NCBI GenBank assembly: GCA_047946875.1
Contig: CP181398.1
Location: forward strand, 399,154 to 463,153
Source of the DNA: Candidatus Kerfeldbacteria bacterium
Lineage (GTDB): Bacteria; Patescibacteriota; Patescibacteriia; UBA10025; JAHIVO01
Direction of reading: 5' to 3'
DNA: 64,000 nucleotides
Shown: positions 27,965 through 39,100 of the stretch, piece by piece
How the letters are laid out: every line of letters begins with the position of its first letter
How positions within the stretch are numbered: position 1 is the stretch's first letter
Program-made: the position numbers and the translations under genes
The notes under the pieces: generated by a model
Told to the model about the DNA's origin: nothing
Seen by the model: only the letters and a program-made list of their open reading frames with translations
The model's database searches: none

Positions 27965-29197
27965 ATGAGTGAAACACAAAATAAATTTCAGATAAAAGGT
28001 AAATTAGCTGAACAGTTTTTGCATACACTTGCAACAAAATCATTCTTTTCTGATTGGTGTTTTTTAAATCCAATTTTACCAGATGGTAAAGAACTTTGTG
28101 ATCTTTTAGTAATCTTTGATAATGTTGCCATTATTTGGCAGGCTAAAGATTTAATGTTGAATAAAAAAGGTAAATACAATCCCAAAGAGGTTAAAAAGAA
28201 TATTCGCCAGCTCTCAGGAGCCCGACGTCAATTATTTGACTTAAAGACACCAATCGTATTAGAAAATATGCGACGAACTAAGATTAGTTTCGATCCAGAT
28301 TCAATTTCTGAAATTTACTTAATTTCTGCCCTGCTTGGAGAAGGAGAAGACTCATATGAGATAATGGAATCTATAAAAGAATTTCAAGTGCATGTATTTA
28401 CTAGAAAATTCACAGAGATTGCTTTAAAGGAATTAGATACAATAAGTGATTTTGTTTATTATTTAAGAAACAAAGAGGCATTCATTAAAGAAAAAGTAGG
28501 AAGTCTGATTGTTCTAGGAGGTGAAGAAGAAATTCTTGCATACTATTTATTAAATAATAATAGCTTTGATTCTCTCAATGGATATAAATTTGTCACTCTT
28601 GACGGTAATCACTGGAAATATCTTATAGATAATCCAAGTTATATTTCAAAAAAGAAAGCTGATAAAATAAGTTATGGCTGGGACTCAATTATTGACCGTG
28701 CTCATGAGGGGTCATCAAAATATGAGTTAGTAGCGCGTGAATTAGCAAGACCTAATCGTTTTGCACGTAGAGTCCTTGGAAAGGCGTTTTTTGATGCTAA
28801 TGTAATAGCACACGAGGATCAAGAACATGATATTTATAGAAGAGTGGTAATTGGAACAGACGATAAAGGAAATGGTCATACTTATTGTTTTCTTTTTATG
28901 GATAAAGACAGACCGAGAGAAGATAGGGCGAAATATCTTGAAGCATTATGTTTTGTAGCTAGAGGAAAATATCAGAAAAACTCAAAAGTTATTGGGGTTG
29001 CTACAGAACAGAAAATTGAATCCAAGTGCTCTTATGATTTCATTTTATTAGAAATACCAGAGTGGACTGACGAGCTAGAGGAACAAAAAAATGAGTTTCA
29101 AAAAACATTTGATATTTTAGTTGACCCTAAAATAACGTCTATTAGGGCTACTCAGTATCCAATAGTGAAAAAAAATACATCTTCAAAAACAAATTAA
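27965..29197 (+). CDS. hypothetical protein with N-terminal PD-(D/E)xK/NERD-like nuclease motif
   Basis: ELCDLLVIFDNVAIIWQAKD resembles the D...(D/E)xK core of a restriction-endonuclease fold. The rest of the protein is unassigned. Confidence 0.45.
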   Translation: MSETQNKFQIKGKLAEQFLHTLATKSFFSDWCFLNPILPDGKELCDLLVIFDNVAIIWQAKDLMLNKKGKYNPKEVKKNIRQLSGARRQLFDLKTPIVLENMRRTKISFDPDSISEIYLISALLGEGEDSYEIMESIKEFQVHVFTRKFTEIALKELDTISDFVYYLRNKEAFIKEKVGSLIVLGGEEEILAYYLLNNNSFDSLNGYKFVTLDGNHWKYLIDNPSYISKKKADKISYGWDSIIDRAHEGSSKYELVARELARPNRFARRVLGKAFFDANVIAHEDQEHDIYRRVVIGTDDKGNGHTYCFLFMDKDRPREDRAKYLEALCFVARGKYQKNSKVIGVATEQKIESKCSYDFILLEIPEWTDELEEQKNEFQKTFDILVDPKITSIRATQYPIVKKNTSSKTN

Positions 29198-29396
29198 TTT
29201 ATTTTTGGTGTAAGTAATATGCGTTTTGAATGTAAATAAAAAATGTTATGTATTAACACTTTACTTTTAGGGTATTGCAGGTTGACGTAAAATACCCGTA
29301 TGATATTATGAATCACTTGTCCAAGGCACGTTAACATAAAATGAAATGAATATATTTTCGAAATTGTAATATAAAACGAGAAAAAAGGAAATAAAA

Positions 29397-30611
29397 ATGA
29401 ACAGGAATAATACTCCAACGCAGGACAGCTATGATGTAGTTGTTCTAGGAGCGGGCATTGCCGGACTTTTGCTTGCGAGCGAAATTTCGAAGCAATATTC
29501 CACACTAGTCGTTGAAAAAGGGTTGTCACCCCCTAAGACAAAGTATTGGCTCACAACCAAGGATGCTGTTAAGGGGAATCCTGATCTAGACGACGAATCA
29601 TTGATAAGTCGGAAGTTTGACAGTTTTTTTATCGCAGATTCTCAGCAAAGAAATCGGCAGGTACGAGGAGGTTATTATCTCTGGGATACTAATAAACTTG
29701 TTGATTTCCTCTGTGATAAGATTTCCAAAAATGGTGGTCACTTTTTGATGAATCACAAGTACTACTCACGTCGGTATGAATCTGACAACATAGTGGTTTC
29801 AGTAAATCAGAGAGATATTAGTGCAAAGGTGGTTGTTGATTGCATGGGATTTAACTCGCCGATTATTGGTGCAAACAGCATGGTGGACATAATTGGTTAC
29901 CACACTGTTTGTGGTGCTACAGTACCCACAATTAAGGAAGTTGATCCAGTTGCATTCTGCAATCTAGTTGAGTCGGGCCATGCGCATTATCTCGAAATAT
30001 TCCCCACTAATGAAAAGACAGCTCATGTTGTTATGATAGCTTCATCCGAAGAGCCGTACCCTTTCGATAAGCTTCTACCAGAGTTTCTGTTTGCAGTAGA
30101 GAATTCTCGTTGGTCGCAGTATTTCAAGGGAACATCTTCAGAAATGTTGCCACTTCACGGCGTGATCCCAGTCGGTACTCGAATGAAGACTGGAATAAAT
30201 AGAGTCTTCATTTATGGTGAGGGAGCTCAAGTTCATCCCGCTTCAACTGCTGCTGGATTGACACAGATACTCCAAAGCTACCGCCGGGTTGCTAAAGAGT
30301 TAGGAAGCCGTATCCAATCAAATCAATTAGGTGGAAAATCGCTTGAAGGGATTAGCGTCGATAACATGTCTCGTTTTTGTAGCAGGATACATAGAAGTGT
30401 TTTTGGCGATTATATGGGGTGGACTTCCACAGGATTCTCAAAACTGGTCAACCAAATGGGGTCTCTCAGTGATGATGTTTTAAATGGAATGCTGTTCGGT
30501 GATTTAGTTGCCGGTGATGTTTTTAGTTTCGAAAATCTATACCGATTGATTCGGTCACGTAATACCATTTTGTTGCGTCACGGATTTCGAGCATTGCTTC
30601 CTGGTAATTGA
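29397..30611 (+). CDS. FAD-dependent oxidoreductase (lycopene cyclase / geranylgeranyl reductase-like family)
   Basis: An N-terminal Rossmann dinucleotide motif (YDVVVLGAGIAGLLLA). GC is about 46%, and an RBS (AAAGGAA) is present. Confidence 0.65.
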   Translation: MNRNNTPTQDSYDVVVLGAGIAGLLLASEISKQYSTLVVEKGLSPPKTKYWLTTKDAVKGNPDLDDESLISRKFDSFFIADSQQRNRQVRGGYYLWDTNKLVDFLCDKISKNGGHFLMNHKYYSRRYESDNIVVSVNQRDISAKVVVDCMGFNSPIIGANSMVDIIGYHTVCGATVPTIKEVDPVAFCNLVESGHAHYLEIFPTNEKTAHVVMIASSEEPYPFDKLLPEFLFAVENSRWSQYFKGTSSEMLPLHGVIPVGTRMKTGINRVFIYGEGAQVHPASTAAGLTQILQSYRRVAKELGSRIQSNQLGGKSLEGISVDNMSRFCSRIHRSVFGDYMGWTSTGFSKLVNQMGSLSDDVLNGMLFGDLVAGDVFSFENLYRLIRSRNTILLRHGFRALLPGN

Positions 30612-30665
30612 TGTAGTTACAGAATCCAAGAAGATGATTTTTTCGAAATAACAGTACATATTAAT

Positions 30666-30700
30666 AACCTCTCTAGGTAACACTAGAGAGGTTTCTTTTT
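30666..30700 (+). terminator. rho-independent terminator
   Basis: AACCTCTCTAG-loop-CTAGAGAGGTT followed by TCTTTTT. Confidence 0.65.
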
Positions 30701-30782
30701 AATGTTTGTTATAATATATTTTTTCGGTAAGTGGAAAGGTGTCAAATAAAAAATCCCACTAAATATTTAGTGGGAAATTCAA

Positions 30783-31019
30783 TTAACATGCACCGTCATT
30801 GTCAGCACCTTCACAAAGTGAGTCTGGCGGATATGTTGGATAATCAACAAAATTATCCGGACGGATTTCTCTTACTGTTGAAGAGCACTTTTTTGCATGG
30901 ATTTTTTCAAATCCTATTTTTACGCGCTGTTGTCCGCATTCAGGACAAGTCTTGCAACAGCCATGCGTGATAAGTTCACCTGGAGGATGATTACATCTCC
31001 ATTCATTTGAACTGGGCAT
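30783..31019 (-). CDS. small zinc-ribbon protein
   Basis: A GGGAGG RBS. The protein contains CC-x2-C-x2-C and additional Cys residues. It is GC-elevated. Confidence 0.5.
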   Translation of the reverse strand: MPSSNEWRCNHPPGELITHGCCKTCPECGQQRVKIGFEKIHAKKCSSTVREIRPDNFVDYPTYPPDSLCEGADNDGAC

Positions 31020-31186
31020 TTTTACCTCCCTGTTTTTTTATGTGCAATTAAGTAAGGCAATCTTAGAATGATATTGGGTTTTTGTCAATCATTTTATTGA
31101 CAGAATATTTTATTAGTAATAAGGTGTATTATCGATCAAAAAAATATATTCATAACATAGAACGTTTAAAAAAATGGAGGAAAACA

Positions 31187-31507
31187 ATGGAATTTAATGT
31201 TGGTGATATGGTAGATGAGCAAGGTTCAAAACTGATAGTGTATGGAAGAATACTTTCTCTCACAGAGACGGAAGCGCAAGTAAAATTTCGTATCCCGCTT
31301 CGTGAGAAGAATAAAGGTTTTTGCGATGCTTGTGGAAGTTCGGACCATCTTTCAATCAATGATGATACTGACGAACTAGTGTGTCTGGTAACTGGCTGTG
31401 GTCATGAGTATGGTTTTAAAGAAACAACCGAAACTATTGCTTTGACCAAGCTGATCAATATTACAGCCAAGCGCGCTGCCGAGAAAGAAGCAGAAAAAGT
31501 AAACTAG
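31187..31507 (+). CDS. small zinc-binding protein
   Basis: A GGAGG RBS lies 6 nt upstream of the ATG at 31187, so the track ORF start at 31082 was rejected. Contains CDACGSSDH...CLVTGCGH. A hairpin terminator lies at 31527-31558. Confidence 0.5.
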   Translation: MEFNVGDMVDEQGSKLIVYGRILSLTETEAQVKFRIPLREKNKGFCDACGSSDHLSINDDTDELVCLVTGCGHEYGFKETTETIALTKLINITAKRAAEKEAEKVN

Positions 31508-31622
31508 TTTTACTAAGCGTAAAGATAAAGACTTACTTATTTGAGTAGGTCTTTTTTATTTGATATTGTAATAAATATCTGCTATACTTAGTTCAATATA
31601 TAAACAAATTATAAATAAACGT

Positions 31623-32846
31623 TTGAGAGTTTTCACAAACATACTACTTATAATAATCCTGGTGGTTCTAACACCAGTGCTTTTGTTAGTGACATCTATA
31701 AAGACTAATGTACTACATACCACTTTTCTCAAGAGTGAATTGGAACGACATGAGATTTATGATTTAGCATTTGACTTAGTTGATGATCAAATACAGCAGA
31801 TAGAGTTGGCACCAGAGATCCCTATCACTCATGAAGAGATTAGTTCGTTGATTACAAAAGTTCTAACTCCAGAGTGGCTGCAGGGGAATGTAGAATCTGC
31901 TCTGGATGATTTTGATATTTGGCTTAATGCACCGATGGGCACGGAGATTTCTATTGTCCTTACCATGGCAGAGCCAAAAGCAAACTTATTGACAGAGCTA
32001 GACGTATTAATAGATAAAAAAATAAGTGAGCTTGAATCATGCACTTCAGATGATAAAAATATTCTTTGTGCGTTTGCTGGTTTGGGGTTGGATGATTTTA
32101 AAGCTGAGTTAGCAAATTTTGATTTTGATCCAAATGATCTTGTAAATCAAATCCCAGACAATCTTGATTTGGCAAATCCTGAGTTCATAGAAGATTTTCA
32201 AAAAATCGAAGAAGTTGATAAACCTAAAGTTGTAGAGCATTACGCATGTAGTGATTTTTGTCCTGGACCACGTGAAGATTATTTGGTAAATATTTATGAA
32301 GGTGTGGATAATGATGAGGAATGTAGTAAACTTGGAGGAACTTTTGAATCATATGTTGGTTGGGGAGAAACATTTATTTGTATAGCTGATAATGTCAAAG
32401 ATGAAAAAGATATTCAAACTCAGATCTCTGAGATAAAAGAAAGTCTCGAGCAATCGAAAAAATATTATCATTTAGGACAGCAATGGTTCTGGTATGCTTG
32501 GATAATATACGGTGTATTAATAGTATTGTTCCTAATTATGAATGCCACTGGGGGCTGGCGTCGAGTTATAAATTGGTTGGGAGTTATTATGTTATGTATC
32601 GGAATTATACCGGCCACTTTAGGTCTTGCCACTAATTTTGGTCAGGATCTAGCTATGGACCAAATAGATTATGGCCCTGATTTTTCAACTAAAGTAAGTG
32701 ACTTAATACCTAGACTTATTAACGACTTTACTGATGCAATATTTACCTTACCGATGATAACGGGTGTAATACTTGTTGTTCTTGGTATAGCAGTAATTAT
32801 CGGAGCTCATTGGATACCGAAACCAAAAGGTAAAGTAAAAAATTAA
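31623..32846 (+). CDS. hypothetical integral membrane protein
   Basis: An N-terminal TM, a central acidic/Cys-containing domain of about 250 aa, and a C-terminal bundle of four TMs. Confidence 0.55.
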   Translation: MRVFTNILLIIILVVLTPVLLLVTSIKTNVLHTTFLKSELERHEIYDLAFDLVDDQIQQIELAPEIPITHEEISSLITKVLTPEWLQGNVESALDDFDIWLNAPMGTEISIVLTMAEPKANLLTELDVLIDKKISELESCTSDDKNILCAFAGLGLDDFKAELANFDFDPNDLVNQIPDNLDLANPEFIEDFQKIEEVDKPKVVEHYACSDFCPGPREDYLVNIYEGVDNDEECSKLGGTFESYVGWGETFICIADNVKDEKDIQTQISEIKESLEQSKKYYHLGQQWFWYAWIIYGVLIVLFLIMNATGGWRRVINWLGVIMLCIGIIPATLGLATNFGQDLAMDQIDYGPDFSTKVSDLIPRLINDFTDAIFTLPMITGVILVVLGIAVIIGAHWIPKPKGKVKN

Positions 32847-32859
32847 TATTTATAATGTC

Positions 32860-32970
32860 TGTCATTCTGAGGGAGGTCACCCGTGGTGACTGACCGTGAG
32901 AATCTCAGCCAAAGGCGGCATTGCATCACCTTTAGTGATGAGACTCTTCGTTTTACTCAGAGTGACAATG
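32860..32970. repeat. structured palindromic element B (copy of element A)
   Basis: TGTCATTCTGAG...GTGAGAATCTC...CTCAGAGTGACA with inner hairpins. It lies between convergent genes. Confidence 0.6.
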
Positions 32971-33023
32971 ACTTTTTTGAATAAAAAAAGACTCACTATG
33001 TTACCAATGTAGGCGATTTTGGT

Positions 33024-36000
33024 TTATTCAGTTTTATTCTTGAAGTAGTCTTCTATATCTTCATCGAATTTATCCATGCTTTGTTCGATAAGCTGGTCAA
33101 AGTCAGGCGCTACATTTGTATGATCCTCACCAAATATCTCAGCAAGTTCTTGGCGTTGTGATTCATTACCTAATAATATAGCTGAATGCATATGTTCACC
33201 AAAGCCATGTTCAGAGTCATTCATTTTTAGAAAGTTTTTAATATTATCTGAGTTACCACATGTGTCTCCACCATCTCCTACAAAATAAAAAGATGATGCG
33301 TAATCAGGATAATTATCTATTTCATCGTTCAAGGCTTTGGCAGTTTTTTTAATACCATCCAGCATATTGGTACCACCTTGCGTATTCAATTTTTGCATCA
33401 GTCTAACTTTCACGGTAGAGGAGTCGCCGTCATCATAATCATATCTAGTTGGTGAATCATAGTCCTGGTCAAAATCTTTTATCTTTGTAGTAGAGTCAGA
33501 AAAAATATCAATTGAGAAACGTATATATCCAAAAGCGTTTGAAATTTTATCAAAAAGCTCAGAATAAAAAACTAAAAGTTTTCTGGCACTTCGTAATTTT
33601 TCTCCTTGCATAGATCCAGAAACATCTATTAGGATTGATGCCATGAATCGTGGTTCGACAGAAGATTTTATGGTACGGGGATTTTTCACTGTTCCAAAAA
33701 GTAAATTTCTTGGTTTCATTACAGCCTTACGATTGAATGCGCCTTGACGTGTCAGAGAATCTTCATCAAAATCAACTTCATCTTTCCTAGGTAAGCGTTC
33801 AGCAAAATATTGGAACCATTGATCGACTAATGGGCCAATTTCTTCTCGTATATCATTGTATTCGTTGTAAAGATGATTTTCTTGCTCTATTTTTGTTTGG
33901 ATACGATCTAATTCAGCTAAGTCTTGTTCATTTAATTCTTCAATAAATTTATCACGTTCATCTTCACTCATAAATCCATCATCAACCATTTGGTCCATAT
34001 TATTTTTGACTTCTTCTTTCATTTGTTCTTCAAATGCTTCTAATTTTTTTTCAAGTTCTTCTTTAAAATCTTCAGGTAATTCATCTTGTTCTAATTTATC
34101 TTTAATCTCTGACAAGTCTTGGAATTTTTCTGCCTCTTGCATTTGTTGTTCAATTTCTTGTTTTTTTTGTTCCATTTGTTCCATTTGCTCCTGCGCTTGT
34201 TCAAAATTGGATTGTGCTTGTTGTGTATCACTATCTGAGGCATCAGATATATTATCTGTAGGGTTGGAAGACTCTTGAGATTCCTGAGATTCTTGTGAAT
34301 CTGTTGACTCACTATCTGATTCGCTGTCTTGCTCTGATTTTTGGTCTTGAGGAGGTTCTACACCGCCGTCTTCAGCTTCGGGCGCCGAGTCTTGTTGTCC
34401 ACTTTCACCTTGTTCGTCACTTTCATTCTTATCTTCTGGTTTTGCATTTGGAGTAGCGTCAAAACGTCTCCAATCTTTACCATCCCAAATTTCTGACCAG
34501 GCATGACCAGTATTTTGAGTGATGGCTGATATACCATCTTGAGCACCTTCTACTTTATGTCCAGTTACTAATCTCGCTGGTATTCCGGCTGAGCGCATCA
34601 TCGCAACGAATTTTGTATTAGCTGAATAGCATTCAAGATATTCTGACGTGTCAATATTTTGTAAATAATTATCTCCGGTAGATTCACTTCGGATTTTATA
34701 TTGCAAGGCCTGTGCTTTTTGTAGGTCACCACCACCAGGATAAAAATGGTTTGCCAAGATATGTTGGCGAACTTGTTCAGCTTTTTGCATTGAGCTACCA
34801 GCCAAACTAGAAATAATAGTTTCTGTTTTTGGTGATAGGTCACCTTTGTAGATAGTAGTTGTATCTTCTGGAATGGGGGGATTGGTAAAAGTCTCTGATT
34901 CTTGTATAAAATCTAATGAGAATAATCCGTTGCTATCAGCCTCAATATAGAAGCAACCATTTTGATCACGAAAAATCTTGGCCGAACCTCCTTCAAATTT
35001 CAAAGAAGAAGCATCAATTCCGAAACCGTTTGGTAATGGAAGTGCTTTTAATCCAGCATCTAGATAGCCGGATAAGGAAGTGCGTTTTTCACTATCAAGA
35101 GATGATGAATATTCAGTGATATCTTTTTTCTTGCTCCAGGTTTTATTATCTATATCGTAATAACTTTTTCGTCCTGCAGCGTAATACCCACCTAATGGAG
35201 GTTTGATCTCAAATATAGGTTTCACTAACATTTCTTCTTTGGATTCTGGTCCGGGTGGAGGTGTGTGATATTCGTCGTTATCATCTGGAGGTATAGCTGG
35301 GTCTTCTGGTGAGCTAGGTGGAACAGCATCTTCCATAAATTGTTCAAGTTCTTCGTCTAGTTCCTGCATACTCTCACTGGATTCACCGCTATCAACTTCT
35401 TGTTGTAATTGAGGTAATCCATCTTGCATAGTGTCTATCAGGTTTTTGTATCCAGATTCATCACCTCGCTGAATGTAATCACGATAAGATTCTTGTAGTT
35501 CTTCGAATATTTTTCTTTCATCTCCCGAAAGTTGTGATACTATTTGATCACGTTCATCCATAGATATTAAATCTCTCTCCTCGTGTAACCAGTTTGCTTT
35601 AAGTGCTTTTAATACTTTTTGGGTACGTGAAAGATCTCCAATTTCTTTTATGGTTCGTCGTGATTCATCTGATAATGAAGATTCAATTTGATGTCGGCCA
35701 GTACGACCATATGCATCCATAACTTTTTTTTGGACACGTGCTTGGGTAACTTCGTTATAAAGTGTATCTAACTGTTCTAGAGGAATATCTTTACCTTTCA
35801 TACCTTCTATGAATTTTGCAAAACGCTCATGATCGTAGTTTGATATATAGGCCGTTAAATCTCGTATACGCGCACTAACTGCCTCAATACCTGATTCTTC
35901 TAGATCTTGGATATCATAAATCAAAGCATCAGGACGTAGGTCTGAGGCTACTTCTTCAGCTGTATATTTGCCTTCCAAGAGTCCTTGTATTTTTTCAGAG

Positions 36001-36173
36001 CGTGATTCTTGGTCCACAGTATAACGAAGCGACCATTCTTTGCCAGGTAATACTGGCAGTTTATCTGCTGCAGCTTGCTCTGCCAAAAACAAAATTTCCC
36101 GCGTAAGTTTTACGGATTGTGGCTTTTCTCTTGATTCGGCCGATGGATCTATACTTTCGCCACGTGGTGCCAT
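33024..36173 (-). CDS. vWA (MIDAS) domain protein fused to a transglutaminase-like Cys-His-Asp core and an acidic low-complexity linker
   Basis: TGase-like core (YLECYSANTKFVAMMRSAGIPARLVTGH ... GHAWSEIWDGKDWRRFDATP). Acidic repeats (DSESDSESTDSQESQESQESS, EQMEQMEQKKQE). C-terminal vWA with MIDAS DVSGSM...GGT...GDGGD. It starts 6 bp after the upstream AAA gene stop. Confidence 0.8.
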   Translation of the reverse strand: MAPRGESIDPSAESREKPQSVKLTREILFLAEQAAADKLPVLPGKEWSLRYTVDQESRSEKIQGLLEGKYTAEEVASDLRPDALIYDIQDLEESGIEAVSARIRDLTAYISNYDHERFAKFIEGMKGKDIPLEQLDTLYNEVTQARVQKKVMDAYGRTGRHQIESSLSDESRRTIKEIGDLSRTQKVLKALKANWLHEERDLISMDERDQIVSQLSGDERKIFEELQESYRDYIQRGDESGYKNLIDTMQDGLPQLQQEVDSGESSESMQELDEELEQFMEDAVPPSSPEDPAIPPDDNDEYHTPPPGPESKEEMLVKPIFEIKPPLGGYYAAGRKSYYDIDNKTWSKKKDITEYSSSLDSEKRTSLSGYLDAGLKALPLPNGFGIDASSLKFEGGSAKIFRDQNGCFYIEADSNGLFSLDFIQESETFTNPPIPEDTTTIYKGDLSPKTETIISSLAGSSMQKAEQVRQHILANHFYPGGGDLQKAQALQYKIRSESTGDNYLQNIDTSEYLECYSANTKFVAMMRSAGIPARLVTGHKVEGAQDGISAITQNTGHAWSEIWDGKDWRRFDATPNAKPEDKNESDEQGESGQQDSAPEAEDGGVEPPQDQKSEQDSESDSESTDSQESQESQESSNPTDNISDASDSDTQQAQSNFEQAQEQMEQMEQKKQEIEQQMQEAEKFQDLSEIKDKLEQDELPEDFKEELEKKLEAFEEQMKEEVKNNMDQMVDDGFMSEDERDKFIEELNEQDLAELDRIQTKIEQENHLYNEYNDIREEIGPLVDQWFQYFAERLPRKDEVDFDEDSLTRQGAFNRKAVMKPRNLLFGTVKNPRTIKSSVEPRFMASILIDVSGSMQGEKLRSARKLLVFYSELFDKISNAFGYIRFSIDIFSDSTTKIKDFDQDYDSPTRYDYDDGDSSTVKVRLMQKLNTQGGTNMLDGIKKTAKALNDEIDNYPDYASSFYFVGDGGDTCGNSDNIKNFLKMNDSEHGFGEHMHSAILLGNESQRQELAEIFGEDHTNVAPDFDQLIEQSMDKFDEDIEDYFKNKTE

Positions 36174-36179
36174 AGATTT

Positions 36180-39100
36180 TTAATTAGTTACACGTTTTTG
36201 AGAAGTCCATGTCTTCAGAGCTTTTCGGATCTTTTCTTGGTCTTCTTTTTTGTCTATATGAGTTAGAAAATATTTTTCTAATAATTCACGAGCAGTATTT
36301 TCTGGATCACTTGATGTTTTTTCTTCAGTCGTCATACGACTTAACGTATATGCACATCTACGTAGTTCACGGCCAGTAATAGGTTGAGTAACGGGTAAAG
36401 CTTTTCGTGAACTTGTTCCTTTTTCAAAATTCTTAATAAAATCTTCTCGTAATTTATTTGCAAACTGGACTAAAGTCAGAATAGTATCAATATCAAATTT
36501 TTGTTCTAGAGTGGGCTTATCAACTCCATTGTCTATTCCATTAACATATTGATCCCAAAGTTTTACAAATTCATTATGATCCATACTGGCCTCAAATGTG
36601 AGATCAGCTAATGAATCAACGCCACGTGCAATACGAAGAGCTTCAGATGAGTCATACATCGGACGTTTATTAGGATCATCAGGATTGGCTTCACGCGTCA
36701 TCTGTGGGTATCCAATTTCTTGGGAAACCATACGACTTCGTGTAGCAAATTGAGGATCGAATGTACCTGGATAATTTGGATTCATTGACCCGACTAATAA
36801 AACACTAGATAATGCCTTAATTGTTTTTCCAGAACTAGTTTTGAGTGTTAGGGATCTTTTTTCGTCCATCAATGCATGTAAGAATATTTGAGCTTGCTCA
36901 GGCATAGCGTTAAACTCATTGAAATAAACCACAGCTCCTGGTGTACGAATACCGTTTAATATCGTAGAAGGAATTTTAACAGTCTGAGAAGCACCATCTT
37001 TGGATTCCAACATAACATCCTCAGATAGTTCAAATTCTGTAGTCCACTTGGTGCCATCCATACCAAAGTAAGGTCGGTTGGTCATATTACAAAACATTTT
37101 TACACGAACATCTTTACCTGTTCCGGCATGTCCTTTTAGTACCAGCATACCTTCTTGTAGATCCATCTGCATTTTTAGATTACCTGCCATGTTTTCTAGA
37201 TCATCTTCGGTTTCATTGTCTGTAACCCAGTGACTTTGCCATTCTGGGATAAACCCTTTGCCATTGCTAGTTTCTATATTTGGTTGGTTTTTAATACGGT
37301 TAATACGTTGTAATAGGGGAATATTATTTTCTGCACAAAAAGTACCAAATTTTTTATATGCTTCTGAATATTTATCTTGCCATTCTTTATCTTCATCTTC
37401 ATCAGTACGTTCACTAATTTTTTTACGTGTAGAATATAATTCTCTTAGTATTTTTCGATTATCTCTCCATTCTTGTCGGAGTTTTGAATCTTCTCCATGA
37501 TTCCAGTCATTGTATTTCTTTTTAATATTCTTAAAATCCTCTGCAGTAATGTAGGAAGGGGGAATGGATTCACCTTTATATGATTGTAATCCTAGACGCC
37601 ATTCTTGTTCGTCTCGCATACCTTCATATAATCTTACATTTTCATTTTTACCATCACCTGTATTAATGTTTAATATAATATCACCTTGAATATCTTTTGC
37701 TGATATACCTGGTCCTCGTGTTTTGCTATCCTCTTCGAATGCAATATCTACGGATCGTTCTTCTCTTTCCTTCACTTTCGATTCCCATTTAGGAAAGCGA
37801 GTATCACCAAAACTAACCATTTGTTTGCCGGTATCAGCGATAGTAGTCATACCACCACGTTCTATTTCTGTTAACGCATTTGAAAGTCTTACTTTCATCA
37901 TACGTTTTAGCTCTTTAGCAGCATCTGGATCATCATCAGCAAGTGCTTCTATTTCAGTTTCGATATATTTCTTTGCCTCAGATGCTCCTAAATATTGTTC
38001 GCCCGCTGTTCTATCTTTGAAACCTTGAGCTTGTAAGCGATCCTCAAGGCTAGATATCTCTTGTTGTAAAGTATCTACATGAGCTTCGATACGTTCGGAA
38101 GCTTTTTCCCTGACTTTAGCATATTCGATTTTAAATTTATGTTCGTATTCTTCTGCTAATAAATCAAGAGATGTTCGTGCTTCTTGAACTTGTTTGTAAA
38201 TTTCATCAGCTTCAAATGGTATATCGTGATTAATAGAACTTAGTCGAGCTTTAATCTGAGGATAACGAAATTCTAACCAATCATCCATTTGCATTTTTGT
38301 TTCGAAAGATTCTAAATCTTTTTTTGTTTTACTTATTAGTTCATCAATATCTTTCTTTACTTCACCACCGCGTTTTTCAAAAAGTTCACGAATCTGACTA
38401 TCAAGATCTGTTCGTGCTTTAGCTAACTCTAGTCGCTGATCACTAATCAAAAAACCTTCTTGAGATTTTATGTCTTCTAATATCTCGCGAATTTCGGATA
38501 TTGAGCCAAAAGAAAGTCCTCCCTCCAATTTTGTTCGTACTAGTTTTAGAGCCTTGTCAGCCGCTTCTTTGGCAAACATTTTTTCTTTGTCTTGTATAGG
38601 TTTCTCTAAGCCTTCTATAACATAATCAATCTCTTCGGATCGTAAACCACCTGCTTGTAGTTTTTGTCGTACAGTATTAAATTGATCACGAGCTTGTACT
38701 AAGCCTTCATGCGTTGAGACAGTTTCTAACATTTCTTTGAATTTGGTTTGTAGATCATCTCTTACTCCATCTAGTTTATCCATGGATTTGTTATCCAGAC
38801 CTGCTTGTTCATTCTTTGCAGCTTGTTGGGTGAATATATCGTCTATATTCAAATCAGCTGTTGCGCTCTGAATACGATGCTTGTCTAGTTCACCAGCAAG
38901 TTCATCAAAATTCGCTTCATGAATAACTAAATGTCCATCTTTGTCTATAGCTCTTATGTTTCCGTTGTTATCGAAATCTACATGGGATAGATTTGATTCA
39001 CGTTTTACTTCTTTTAGTGTATCCTTTGTCATTACTATTAGATCATCGCCAGAATAGAATAGGAAAAAATTACCTTTAGGGTCTAGCTGAAGGTTTGATA

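Noticed and set aside
31082-31186. Track start for ORF 31082-31507.
   Set aside because: A GGAGG RBS sits 6 nt before the in-frame ATG at 31187. The upstream extension has no RBS and overlaps the divergent gene's promoter region.
33893-34450. Several small ORFs on both strands (34006-34278, 34091-34312, 34358-34546) inside the acidic region of the vWA/TGase gene.
   Set aside because: This is a low-complexity GA-rich repeat region. The ORFs are composition artefacts nested in a long, motif-supported minus-strand CDS.
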